A DNA stretch of 64,000 bases, taken from the NCBI RefSeq assembly GCF_009914755.1, contig NC_060925.1; one strand, given 5' to 3'. Shown here in pieces: positions 1 to 13,654 of this stretch (within the stretch, counting starts at the first letter, position 1; each line of letters opens with the position of its first letter). The notes under the pieces were generated by a model. That model had not been told where the DNA came from, made no database searches, and saw only the letters and a program-made list of their open reading frames with translations. This DNA is from the human T2T-CHM13v2.0 reference genome, Homo sapiens. Position numbers and translations under genes: made by a program.

Positions 1-46
1 TGAGGGGGTGGCATTATCAAGTTCCCAAATATCCTTAAGATTTCTT

Positions 47-389
47 GGCCAGGCGCAGTGGCTCACACCTGTAATCGCAGCACTTTGGGAGGCCGAGGCA
101 GGCAGATCACCAGGTCAAGAGATCGAGACCATCCTGGCCAACCTGGTGAAACCCCGTCTCTACTAAAAATACAAAAATTAGCTGGGCGTGGTGGTGGGTG
201 CCTGTAGTCCCAGCTGCTCAGGAGGCTGAGGCAGGAGAATCACTTGAACCCAGGAGGCAGAGAGGAGAATCGCTTGAACTCAGGAGGCGGAGGTTGCAGT
301 GAGCCAAGGTCGTGCCACTGCACTCCAGCCTGGCAAAAGAGTGAGACTCTCTCTCAAAAAAAAAAAAAGAAAGAAAGAAAGAAAAGAAA
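47..389 (+). mobile_element. Alu (AluSc-like) with internal 30-bp tandem duplication
   Basis: GGCCAGGCGCAGTGGCTCAC start; GGTCAAGAGATCGAGACCATCCTGG; A/GAAA tail; TSD AAGATTTCTT at 37-46 and 390-399. Confidence 0.97.
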
Positions 390-479
390 AAGATTTCTTA
401 AAAATTGTATCAATATTTATTGGAAAGTAAAGAAGACTAGATTTATACCTTTTTTCTCAGTTATGTATGAGAGGTAGTG

Positions 480-715
480 AACTTCCCTGACTACTCTATT
501 TATAATGGTAGCCACAAATTCTTTCCTCTTATCCTGTTTTATATTTCTTCAGATGTTACTGTTTATTTTCTGCTTCTTTCACTGGAATAAAGGCTTCATT
601 GACGCAGGTGCTTTTGTTTTGCATAACTTCCTGTGATATCCTCAGATATGAGAACAGTGACTGGCATATAGTAGACATTAAATAAACATTTGTGAAATGA
701 ATGATTGAATGAATA
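480..715 (+). mobile_element. L2 3' end
   Basis: AACAGTGACTGGCATATAGTAGACATTAAATAAACATTTGTGAAATGAATGA resembles the L2 terminus. Confidence 0.7.
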
Positions 716-1812
716 CCAACTCAAAGACTTAGGTGCTTTGAAACATGTTTCACCTTGATGATACTTGTTTATGTTCATTTTATCTTACACACTACTAACC
801 ACATAGTTTCTTCATGCAAACAACTTTTTAGATACCTGACCATGACTACTTTACAGATAGATTACTTGCTTGAGCCACTTTCCTCTAATGCAGCTCTCTT
901 TCCATAGAAGTCAGTTGGCCTGTCCCCTTTCTCACTGAACCTGACTTCAAGGCCACAGCTCAAACAGGCCACCTGTTTGTCCTTTTCTACAAATTAGGCA
1001 CCACATGGTTAGAAGTTGCATAGGAAGATAAATGGAAAAACAACAAAGTGGATGAGAGAGAGAGAAAGTTATTGTGAAGCTCTCTAGTCAGAAGCAACCG
1101 AGGAAAAAACATGACTCAAAAAAAAAACGTGATTAGAAAATGTCCATAATTTATAGAAACTACCGTACATTGCATGAAAGGATAATTTGCTCTTGCAGTC
1201 TGTTTGGATTCTGAAGAGCTGAGAGAAATCTACATACTTTATGCATGAGTGTGTCAGAAAGAGCAATAGGTGTCATGGAGGTAATAATATAGCCTAATTC
1301 AAGGTGCTGGGCATGCCACTAAAACATATTTCCTGCTCCCTTTGTATCCGTGACAAACAAACTACTACTGCCCCTATAAAACTCATCCTTTTATTTGAAC
1401 ACACAAGACACACAAAAGCATAAAATCGTATTACTTTTGCAATGCTCTTATGTAGCACAGATGATGTGGAAGCTAGGCTGGATCTGAATGAATTTTGGCC
1501 TGAATGTTTATTTGTTTTGGTGACTAGTCTGATTTCATATTAAGATTTCAGGTATATTAATGAAAGGCATATATTGAAAAACAATGGTTTAAAAAGGTAA
1601 TAATAAATCAGAAACTGGCAAACTATGAACAGGAGTAAAAAAAAAAAATCAGACTGAAAAAAAAGTTAAAGATAAGTCTCACATTTATCTCAGGTTAGTC
1701 ACAACTCCCACAACCATTTACTAAGACCAATTAATGCCAATTGCAGTATAAAAAGATACAATGAACATGATGAAAACTCTGACTTCAATTCCAATAACGT
1801 ATTTTGTTTTAA

Positions 1813-2247
<435 letters not shown>

Positions 2248-2654
2248 TAATTTTATTTTTACATGCTATCATAACTTCCTAGACACATAATCATCTAATA
2301 TATTTAACATTATTGTACTGGTTAAATACTTCAAAGTCACAATACTGTAATAGTTCTACTGTTACTGTAAATACTTGCATCTTGAGAATATAAACACAAT
2401 ATAACCTTCAATCAATATACTTCTCAAAAGAATCAGATATTTTGTGGGAGTTTATGCCTAAATTCATATGCATAAAATCCTATTCTGATTTCAGAATATT
2501 CTCAGTGAAAATGACAGGCATATGTAATCTAATGAAACTAGAGCAGAAGATATTAGCGTCTATGGAAGGCCTGATATTTTCAAAGTATATGTCTAATAAA
2601 TAAAATTTTTATACAATGGGGTTTAGATAGTAGCTTAAAATAATAGTTACTATT

Positions 2655-2880
2655 CAGTGGGAATTTATTTTATGGTAAGAAGTGTGCTAGATGCTTTAGA
2701 TACTAATCTGTAATTTAATTTTACAGACATTTCCATGGATTAGATCTATATTCCTTACTTTACAGAAAGTAAATTTAGGCTTGGAGAGATTAAGACTTGT
2801 AGAAATAAGAGAAGACTAGAACATCTGGAATTTCAATTCTCGAGGTTCCTCAAAACACTAAATTCTTTGCCCTTTCTACT
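2655..2880 (-). mobile_element. MIR
   Basis: Degenerate MIR core: TTACTTTACAGAAAGTAAATTTAGGCTTGGAGAGATTAAGACTTG. Confidence 0.6.
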
Positions 2881-3160
2881 CAAGTATGCTGACTCTCAAT
2901 TCTTAATTGAATGAACTAGTCAAAAATGACACTTAAAAACAAATTACTTAGAAGTACCCCTTTACAACCCTTCTTAATAATGCTGATCCCACGAATCAAA
3001 TAAAATCTTCCCACTTAAATACTCCAGAATTTTTAGCATCTTTGCCTTTTTTAGAAACACTGTACTTTGTTTCTGTAGCATTATTATCTATTTGCCGGTT
3101 TTGGCTGTTTTATGAAACTATATTGTGGGATAGTGACACAAAGTTTAAGAGTATATTTTA

Positions 3161-3450
<290 letters not shown>

Positions 3451-3543
3451 CTCTCTTAATGAATCTTTTTGAACAGGAATAAACATTCCTACTTGGTCTT
3501 GCCTGTAGGCATACAAATCCACCTAATATGTAGAAGTCCTCTC

Positions 3544-4085
3544 ATGGTAGGCAGAACAATGAAACTTCCCATTACTCAAAGATGTCTATGTCCTAATCCA
3601 TGGAACCTATGATTATGTTATGTTGCCTGGCAAAATAGAGTTAAGGTTACATATAGAATTAAGGTCACCAGTTAACTGACTTTAGGGAGATAATCTTGTA
3701 TTATCCAGGAGGGTCTAATTTAATCACAAGAGTGGAAGACAGTCAGAGGGAAATGTGACTATGGAATGTGTCAGAGTGATGTGAGGTGAGCAAGACTGGA
3801 CAGGCAATTTCAGCTTTGAAGATGGTGGAAGGGAACATGACCCAAAGAATGCAGGTAGCTGCTAGAAGCTGGAAGGGCTGGATAGTATATTTTTTTTCTT
3901 TTCTTTTTTTTTTTTTTTGTCTGCAGTATCCAGAAAATAACCTATCCCTTCCAACACCTAGATTTTATTCCAGTGAGATTCATTTTAGACTAAGGAAATA
4001 CAAAACTGTGAGATAATCAAATTGATTTGTTTTCAGATACTAAGTTTGTGGTAATTGGTTTTAGCAGCTATAGAAAATGTATACA
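3544..4085 (+). mobile_element. MLT1 (MLT1D-like) MaLR solo LTR
   Basis: TGGTAGGCAGAACAATG...AAAGATGTCTATGTCCTAATCC start; CTAAGTTTGTGGTAATTGGTTTTAGCAGCTATAGAAAATGTATACA end. Confidence 0.85.
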
Positions 4086-6309
4086 TCTCTCTTGGCTGCT
4101 GTTTCTTCTACGCTAACAACAATTTTGGTAGATGTCAATCAATGTATATTGATGTGACAAAGTAACACTTTCTCTATTAGATTCTTATGGGGTTCTTGTC
4201 CATTGATAATTCCTTTGTTGGAAAATCAGTAAAGAGGTTTTTTACTACAATGAAATGAAAATCTGACCTTGTCCTGGAGCTACAGATTATAGTTACAAAT
4301 CATGTTATGTGCTTTGAGAACATGTACTATTCTTCCCTGTTAGTCTTGAACATAATTTCTGATAGAATAAATGGCTGAATAAATATGAGTAGCTCCTGTT
4401 TATCCTCCTCATAGTTCCTTCCTGCACAAAAGTTCCATCCTCACTTCTTCCAATAAAATAAATGGGGCTTCCTTAGCAATTTGTATATTTGAGTTACTTC
4501 AACCATAAAGTGCTAATATTTTCTAATTTTTAGAAAAAGGATACAACGTAAGAACATCATGACAAGTTCTCCATCTAAACATTTAGACGATGTGAGAAAA
4601 ATTTTAACTTCTGTATCTATTCTCTCAAATCCAATTACATTCCCCAAACAAATTAAAGACCCTAGCTAGATCAATATTGCTGTTATATTCCAGGAGTAGT
4701 TAGCTGGAATTATATGGGAAAAGAGAGAAAGAATACATGAAAGGAAATATTTTAGTGCCACCAGGACGCTGTTCAGCTTGTGGAGTGTCTATGGAAAACT
4801 TCTTTTAATTTATGCCCATTGGGAAAAATCTATAATCATGATTTTTGGTTTTACAAAATTATTTCATTATTTCTGGTAAGCTTTTTATGTATGCATACAA
4901 CCTCCTCTTTCAGTGCATGGCATTTAAGATACTCCCAACTTCTTCGAAATTCAGAGATGAGCCTCTCATTTTCAATTGCCATTTCCACTCTTTTCAAGCC
5001 AACTCAGCTGTGCTTTCACAATATTTTACTTGTTTTGTAAGTTGGCCTCATTTCTTCTCCACTTAATATAGAGTAAAATTTATTTGCTCAATAAAGGTGT
5101 AATTCTTTGTTTTCTTTTCTACTTTGCCTTTTGGAACAGACATATGTGCCTTAGCATCCTCCCTTGAATTATATTTATGGAGGGCTATGTGGAAAAACAT
5201 ATGAAGATTATGACTTCTGAATGCAAATGCACCTATCGTGTATGGGAATTGTCTCAGTCCCATTTTCCTTATGTAGGGTAATACTCTACAGAAGGAATCT
5301 CTATTGGGAACGCAGCTCGTAAGTCAAGCCTGCAGTCTGTTTTTTGTTCTTCATGGTGTATGTGTCATTTTCGGTGTATATTCCTTTGAGTCTAGACTTC
5401 AAATATTTCCCAACAATGTTACCTCAGGGCATGTGAAATAATGCTTTTTGTTTATAATACATCTGTAGCCTTCAATTCACCTACAAATGATTGAAATATT
5501 CCATGCTGAGGACACTTCTCAAATCCAAAAGTTTTTAGTAACTCCCAGGAGCAGTCATTCCAGTCATGAAAACAGGGATTAAAATTACTCTGTTCCTCTG
5601 TTGAGGGGCATCTCTCAATATTTTCTTGACATTTGACTGCTTTGTAAGATTTATTCAAGATAACTCTGAGACTGTGCCCATCATCATTTTTTTTCCGTCA
5701 ATTTGGGATAGTGTCAACTTTCCATTTGTCTAGTTCAAATGATAACATGAGTTACGTGTAGGTATACTTACTTTTCCTTTCATATATTAAAATTTTTTTT
5801 ATCAAGTGTGGGCTTGTCTTATCCCAGTTCAATGAACATATCTTTCTTCATTTTATTTTACTTTCTAAAAAATCTGTTCTTTGAAGTATTTTTTACTGAA
5901 TTTTGAGCAAAATTTATTTATTTATTTTTAGATTCAATAATTCCTGGATTATGAATTTAAGTTCTTACTTTTGCACTATTTTTTGCAAAGTTCCATTAAA
6001 TGTATATTTTTTCTCTCCACCTAATTTCAATAAGATGCTATGTTCCCTTTCTAAGTAAAGAAATTTATCCTCTTTATATTTATTCATAAAATCTATCCTT
6101 CCCTTATGACTGTGGTACCTGAAATCCATAACCGTAATAAGCATTTTTATAATGCTGAATCTAGAGCCAATTTCAAATGAGGTAATGCTGGTGGATTATG
6201 GTTTCAGGCTTCAGGAACCTATGAATAAAGCACAGAAATAAGCCAGAGAGCAAACATGAACCCATCTGCCTTCTGTATTAATGACTAGTCAATATCCCAT
6301 TTTTTAAAA

Positions 6310-6720
6310 TTAATCCCATTCATTTTTTTCATTTATCAAACAATTCAATTGTGGTTGACTTAATTATTTTAAAAAGTATGATTGTGGTAAGCTCTATGGA
6401 AAATTAATAAATCAGGTTGAGGAGACTAGAGCTTGAGGGGCACGGAGGTATCTCTTCGATAGAGTGGTCAAAAAATATGATTGCATCTTCATTACACCCA
6501 GAACAATAGAATCCAGTTAAAATGATTTGTTTGGAGTTTGTGTGTGGAGCAGTGGTTGTGTTACCATGTCACCTATTAACCTTCGATAACTTGATATCGT
6601 CAGAACCGAGAAGGGCAGAATATGAATACCTTGGTAAGGAATTTCCAGACAAAGGAAATAGCTTTTGCATGTTTGTGGCACAGCAAGGAATGAGAGAGGT
6701 GAAAAGAGTGATAGATAATG
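6310..6720 (-). mobile_element. L2 fragment
   Basis: GATAGAGTGGTCA...GAATTTCCAGACAAAGGAAATAGC resembles antisense L2. Confidence 0.5.
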
Positions 6721-7869
6721 ACATCACAGAGAAAAGAGGAGGGTGACCTAACCAGCAACATCCAAAAGTAGAGATCGTGGCTAAAAGCAAGACTGGAATC
6801 AAGTTTTCTTCTCCTTCCCTAGTCAAAACCTTGAAATCTGTATGCTCATATGTTCTCTTGGGCCCTAAGCAGATTAAGAACAATTATTAAAAGCCCAAGT
6901 ATTTGGCTTATCTCAATGACTCATGGGCAGACAGTAATACACAAAGTAGCAATGACAACAGGATAATATAGAACCCTAGCTGTGTCCATTAGATACATGA
7001 CCCAATGGATAGTAAGATCAGATCAGCCATTCTTCTTCTCTTGGGAAGAAGCGGGTAAATGAGTGTAGATGAATGGACCAGATATGTATATTTCAATCCC
7101 ATTTTGGAGCAAGCTATGTAGAAATCTCTTTTTCAGTGAAAAGTGGGTCTAAGAAGAGAAATATTTACTGCTAACTTCTATTATTAACTATTAACAATGC
7201 AACTTATCATTTTGAAAGTCATCTAATGTATAGGAAATGCTCTAGCACAAACCTTGTAAATAACACTGTTTTTAAATGATTTGCCAACAATACTTACATT
7301 AACATGACAGCTTAGCTTTAGAGCTGTCCATAATAAGACTGCTAAAAGGTCATTGTGAAATGTTAATATAAAATAATATTTTATTCTAGACAAAAATGTG
7401 ATAGTTTATAAGCTGGTACTGTGTTAAGATTTATTTTTCAGTAAATTTTCCACAAACTTGATGAAAATAATCTCAAGCAGATGGAAATATTATAAACCTT
7501 AAAGGAAATCAATGCTGGGTCAACCTTTTTCTCACCTATTTTAAAGTCTCTATTAAGAATGATTAATTCCAGTAATATTAACCTGCATATCTCTAACGAT
7601 AAGAAATCTCAACACCATAGATAAACTCATCTCTTAACAAAGGTAGCAGGTAACATGGTAACACAACCACTGCTGTACACACAAATTCCAAACTAGTTGT
7701 TTTAAGTGGATGCTATTGGTCTGGGTGAATTGAAGATGTAATCATAAGTTTTTTGTTTTGATCTTGGGAAAAAAAGATTCCAATGTTATAGAAATGACTG
7801 GGAAGATTCTTTCTTTTTAAGTAAAAAAAAGTACTTGTTCTAGTTATTCACAAAACCATTGAAAATTCA

Positions 7870-8690
7870 CACCAAATAGATATAGAAAAACTTACGTGTA
7901 ATGTCTTCAAATGTATTTTCTAACATAACTTTTTAATAAAATAGGGAACAATGTGTATATTGCTTTGGATATTATTCTCGCAATAGAATATACTGCGCTT
8001 CTATTTCCATGTCAATAAATATATATCTATGTTAGCTTTATAAATTACTTTATTCCTTTACTGGACATTTCAAATACAGTAATACATATATCAAGTATAG
8101 TGAACATATTTCACAATGTGGACATTCCATATTTTAGTTAATCATATTATTATAAATAAAATTATGGTGAACATCCACGCATAGCAATTTTTACAGGATT
8201 TTTTTAGGAGGACAGTGTGGATGGAGGAAAATTATTCCAAAAAGAAGTTTATATTTTATAGTTTGTTGAACAAGTTGTTAAGTTTTCCTACTGAAATTTC
8301 ATATGAGTTTTTCTTTCTACTTCTAATGTATGAGAGTGCTTATACAAAACTGATTAAGCTGGAAAATATCATTAATTTCCTCATTATACAAGAAGTAAGG
8401 GAAGCTATATGTTTTGTACAAAATGACTGGGACTGGAATTAAATCTTTCTTTAAAATTGTCCTATTGACATTTTGATTGTAAAAATAAAATGGTTTCTCA
8501 TTTCATTTTATATATCTTTAGTTGAAAGTGAGTCTAAATTTCTTTATATTTTTGAGCAATACCTTTTAAAAATTTTCTGCTTGCATTCTTTACTTATTGT
8601 TAAAAGAATCATTCTGTGATTTTTAAGTACTCTTTATGTATTAAGAACATTAACTCTATGTTGTGATTTTTTTACATTTTTTCTACTTGA
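7870..8690 (-). mobile_element. Ancient L1M (L1ME/L1MC-like) fragment
   Basis: T-rich antisense L1 3' features such as TTTCCATGTCAATAAATAT and CTCTTTATGTATTAAGAACATTAAC. Confidence 0.5.
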
Positions 8691-10672
8691 CCCTGCCATA
8701 TTTGGTAAGCCATCATTCTGCATCTGTAATATGCAAATCCAAAGTAATTATATAATAATTCTTATGCCTGCCTCTGTTGAGATCATATGTTAAAGTTTGT
8801 TTTCCATATTTTACCATGGATAAATCTTCTCAAACTACTAAAGATTTTAATTGTCCTTTAAAACTACCTGATTTCATGGAGAAATAACTCAATTACAGTG
8901 AGCACTATAGATAATATGCATTTTCTTGACTTACAATTATATTCTTTCAAAAATAACAGTAAAAAGAACAACAATAACAATAATAATTCTCATTTCTCTA
9001 AATGCTCTCTATTAAATTATTGATCAATTTTAATCAATTAATTATCAAACCTCTCTCATATTTACTTTACCTTCCCTGGAATCCATGTCTGTCGCTATCA
9101 TTGGCTACCTGTGACTGCCTAGGCATACCTCATGTTATTGCACTTTGCAAATAGTGGACTTTTTACTAATTGAAGGTTTTTAGGCAACCCTGCATTGAGC
9201 AAACCTATCAATGCCATTTTGCAAAAGCATGTGCTCATTTTGTGTCCCTGCATCACATTTTGTTAATTATCCTAATATTCCAAACTTGTGAATTATTATT
9301 ACATCTATGATGGTGATCTGTGATAAGTGATATTTGATGTTACTATTTTAATTGTTTTGGAGAACCATGAAACATAGCCATATAAGAGAGTGAATCTAAT
9401 GAATAAATATTGTGTGTGTTCTGATTAGTTCACCTAAAGCCTTTTTCCTATCTCTCTCCCTGGGCCTCCCTATTCTGAGGCACAACAATATTGAAATTAA
9501 TAACACAAAAATGGTCTCTAAGTGTTCAGCTGAAAGGAAGAGCTGAACGACCCTCACTTTAAATCAAAAGCTAGAAATGATTAAACTAAGTGAGGAAGAC
9601 AGGTAGAAAGCCAAGAAAAGCCTAATTCTAGGCCTTTTGAACTAAACAGTTAGTCAAGTCATGGATGCAAAGAAAAAATTATTGAAGGAAATTAGTAATG
9701 CCATTCCAATAAACACACAAATGATAAGAAAGCAAAACAGCCTTATTGCTGACAAGTGTTAATGGTCTAGATAAAAGGTCAAACCAGACAAAATATTCCC
9801 TTAATCCAGAGCAAAGACCTAACCCTCTTCAATTCTATGAAGGCTGAAAAAGGAGAAGAAGCTGCAGAAGAAAAGTTGGAAGCTAGCAGAGGTTGGCTGA
9901 TGAGATTTAAGGAAATAAATCATCTCCATAATAATAAGGGCAAGGTGAAGCAGTAAGTGATGATGTAGAAGCCACAGCAAATTATCCAGAAGGTCTAGCT
10001 AATTAATAAAGGTGGCCTCACTAAACAACAGATTTTCAGTGTAGGAGAAACAGTCTTCTGTTGGAAGAAGATGCCACCTAGGACCTTCTCAGGTAGAGAG
10101 AAATCAATGTCTGGCTTGAAAGCTTCAAAGGATAGACTTACTCACTTGTTAGGGGCTAATATAGATTGTTACTTTAACTTGAAGCCAGTGCTCAGATACC
10201 ATTTTAAAAATCCAAGGGCCCTTAAGAATTACGCTAAATATACTTTGCCTGTGTTCTATAAATAGGAAAACAAAGCCTGGATTACAACACATCTGACTGC
10301 AGCATGGCTAACTGAGTATTTTAAACCTAGTGTTGAGATCTACTGCTCAGGAAAAAAAGATTCCTTTCAAAATATTATGGCTCAGTGACAATGCACTTAG
10401 TCACTGAAGAGCTCTAATGGAAATACACAAGAAGAGGAATGTTGCTTTCATGGTTGCTAACACAACATCCTTCTCCATGGATGAAGGAGTACTTTCAACT
10501 TTGAAGTCATATTATTTAAAAAATATATTTGTAATGCTATACCTGCCATAGATAATGATTCTTCTAATGTATCTGGCCAAAGTAAAATAAAAACTTTCTG
10601 GAAACAATTCCCGATTTTAGATGCCATTAAGAACACTTGTGATTCATGGGAGAAGGTTAAAATATCAACATG

Positions 10673-11310
10673 CATTAGGTATATCTCCCAGTGCTATCCC
10701 TCCCCCCTCCCCCCACCCCACAACAGTCCCCAGAGTGTGATGTTCCCCTTCCTGTGTCCATGTGTTCTCATTGTTCAATTCCCACCTATGAGTGAGAATA
10801 TGCAGTGTTTGGGTTTTTGTTCTTGCGATCGTTTACTGAGAATGATGATTTCCAATTTCATCCATGTCCCTACAAAGGACATGAACTCATCATTTTTTGT
10901 GGCTGCATAGTATTCCATGGTGTATATGTGCCACATTTTCTTAATCCAGTCTATCATTGTTGGACATTTGGGTTGGTTTCAAGTCTTTGCTGTTGTGAAT
11001 AGTGCCGCAATAAACATACGTGTGCATGTGTCTTTATAGCAGCATGATTTATAGTCCTTTGGGTATATACCCAGTAATGGGATGGCTGGGTCAAATGGTA
11101 TTTCTAGTTCTAGATCCCTGAGGAATCGCCATACTGACTTCCACAACGGTTGAACTAGTTTACAGTCCCACCAACAGTGTAAAAGTGCTAGATGACGAGT
11201 TAGTGGGTGCAGCGCACCAGCATTTTCACATGTATACATATGTAACTAACCTGCACATTGTGCACATGTACCCTAAAACTTAAAGTATAATAATAAAAAT
11301 AAAATAAAAT
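10673..11310 (+). mobile_element. 5'-truncated L1PA2-type L1 with twin-priming inversion (10673-11187 inverted, 11188-11310 sense)
   Basis: TSD AAAATATCAACATG at 10659-10672 and 11311-11324; TT/AAAA site; 3'UTR diagnostic GATGACGAGTTAGTGGG (GAG, not ACA or ACG). Confidence 0.95.
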
Positions 11311-11406
11311 AAAATATCAACATGAACAGGAATTTGGAAAAAAGTCATTTCAAACCACATGGATGACTTTGAGAGTTTCAAGATTGCAATAGAGGAAGTC
11401 ACTGCA

Positions 11407-11815
11407 TGTGTTAGTCCATTCTCATGCTGCTAATAAAGACATACCCTAGACTGGGTAATTTATAGAGGAAAGAAGTTTAATTGACTCACAGTTGAGCATG
11501 GCTGGGGAGGCCTCAGGAAACTTACAATCATGGTGGAAGGCAAAAGGGAAGTAAGGCACCTCCTTCATAAGGCGCCAGGAAGGGGAAGTGCAGAGCAAAA
11601 GGGGAGAAATGCTGAGTAAAGGGGGAAAGGCCCCTTATAAAAGCATCAGATCTTGTGAAGACTCACTATTATGAGTGCGATATCATGAGAACAGCATGTG
11701 GTAACTGTCCCCATGATTGAATTGCCTCCCCTTGGCTCCCTCCCATCACATGTGGGGATTATGGGAACTACAATTCAAGATGAGATTTGGGTGTGGACAC
11801 AGCCAAACCTTATCA
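11407..11815 (-). mobile_element. THE1 (THE1C/D-like) solo LTR inside Tigger1
   Basis: TG...CA termini; GAGATTTGGGTGTGGACACAGCCAAACCTTATCA; 5-bp TSD CTGCA at 11402-11406 and 11816-11820. Confidence 0.93.
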
Positions 11816-12499
11816 CTGCAGATATGGTAGAAATAGCAAGATAACTAGAATTAGAAGTGGAGACTGAAGATGTGACTGAATTTCTATGATCTAGTGATAA
11901 AACTTGAAGGGATGAGTAGTTGCTTTTTATGGATGCACAAAGAAAGCAGTGATGGAATCTACTGCTGGTGAAGATGCTGTGAAAAGTGTTGAAATGACAA
12001 CAAAGAATGTAGAAATTTATTACAAAAGCTTAAATGACAAACAGAGTCAGGGTTTGAGAGTATTAACTCCAATTTTGAAGGAAGTTCTACTGTGGATAAT
12101 ATGGTATCAAATACCATTTCATGCTACAGAGAAATCTTTTATGAAAGGCAGAGTCAATAGATGCAGCAAACTTCATTGCTGCCTTATTTTAAGAAGTTTA
12201 CATCACTTCACCCTTCAGTAACCACCATGAGTTAGCAGCCATCAACATGAAGGCAAGATCCTCCACCAGCAAAATATTAAGATTTGTTGAATGCTTAGAT
12301 GAAGGTTAGCTTTTTTTTTTTTAGCAATAAAGTGTTAAGGCATGAACAATATTTTTTAACAACAATGCTATTGCACGCTTAATAGACTACAGTGTAGTGT
12401 AAACATAACTTTCATTTGCACTGGGAAACCAAAAAATTGGGAGACTTGCTTTATTGTGGTGGTCTTGAAACAAACTCCTATCTCTAAGGTATGCCTATA

Positions 12500-12839
12500 T
12501 GAGTTTAGCATCCCTAATGCAAAAATCTGAGACCTGAAGAGCTCCAAAATCTGAGAGTTTTTGAGAGCTGACATGACACCACAGCTGGAAAATTCTACCC
12601 TTGATCCATGTGACAGATTGTAAATTGCAGTCAAAATTTGCTTTATGCACAAAATTATGAAATATAAAAATTACCTTCAGGCTATATGTGTAAGAAGGAT
12701 ATGAAAAATATAAATTTTGTGTTTAGACTTATCCCCAAGATATTTTAAAATATAAATGCAAATATCCCCAAATCCAAAAATATTTTAAATCCGAAATACT
12801 TCTGATTTCAGGCATTTTAGATAAGCAATACTCATCCTG
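12500..12839 (+). mobile_element. Tigger4b (Zombi_B)-like non-autonomous DNA transposon
   Basis: AGCATCCCTAATGCAAAAATCTG start; GATAAGCAATACTCATCCTG end followed by TA. Confidence 0.85.
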
Positions 12840-13317
12840 TATATGTTATATATTTTTTCACATACTCCCATCACCTTTAGATTCAGCTGTCCCTTGGGAA
12901 ATACATTAAATATTGATGCATACGGATACATATCAAACTACAGTTTTAATTGCCTGTTTTGATTGACTGCCCCAATTATGAAAGTAAGATAAGCCACTAC
13001 ACCTGCCAAAGCCAGCTGTTGGTCACTACGAAAGGCAAAGATGAAAACAGGATAAGGAAATAGGAGGGAAATGGAAAAGGTGGAGAATTGGAGAAATATC
13101 TAGTGCAACTTATCAGGTGTAATTTTGGGATTGCAGTATCTGTTAATCTTTTTGTGTGAAAGGAGAGGGTAGGATATTGAGAGAGATGAGGAGAGATGGA
13201 GAAATATAAAAGAGGAGAGAAACTTAAAACACATTGTAAGGCATTGAGGTTTTAGATTTTAGGGCATTTTATTCATGCTATTTCCCACAATTCATTACAC
13301 ATTTTCCTTCCCGACAG

Positions 13318-13365
13318 GTGTTCAATAGCTCACTGTGATTGTTGAGAAGTCAACACAGGGACAAG
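13318..13365 (+). other. Candidate non-coding exon (48 bp)
   Basis: CATTTTCCTTCCCGACAG|GTG ... AAG|GTATGT; stop codons in all three frames. Confidence 0.35.
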
Positions 13366-13654
13366 GTATGTAGCTGTGGGAACCTCTGTCAAATCAATGA
13401 AATAATTACCATCATGCAGTTAAAAATCCTGCTGATTCTAAATAGATATTTTGAGAAGGATTAAGCCCATATGGTCATGTTACAAAAATTGCATATTTTT
13501 TCCTTTGCTCAAAATTACCCTAATTTAAAAAGTTAATAAGAGATATTTTTATTAAAAAAGAATTGTAACTTATATAGACAATTTGGTAGAAAGTTGCCTG
13601 TCAAAAATATCACTTCAAAATAGGGTTGACTTTAAAAAATTACTTCTAGTTTCA

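Larger units (their letters stand above)
9120..12497 (+). mobile_element. Tigger1 DNA transposon, near full length, decayed transposase, interrupted by two insertions
   Basis: TIRs AGGCATACCTC / AAGGTATGCCT followed by TA; transposase start ATGGTCTCTAAGTGTTCAGCTGAAAGGAAG; ORF 10071-10265 MPPRTF...KASKDRLTHLLGAN. Confidence 0.95.

Noticed and set aside
4720-5760. Possible minus-strand processed pseudogene (several short A-rich frames)
   Set aside because: No recognisable protein, poly(A) or TSD; stops in all frames. A tBLASTx search would be needed.
6475-6590. ~110-bp non-L2 segment interrupting an L2 relic
   Set aside because: No TSD, tail or identifiable donor visible; may reflect alignment uncertainty in a very old element.
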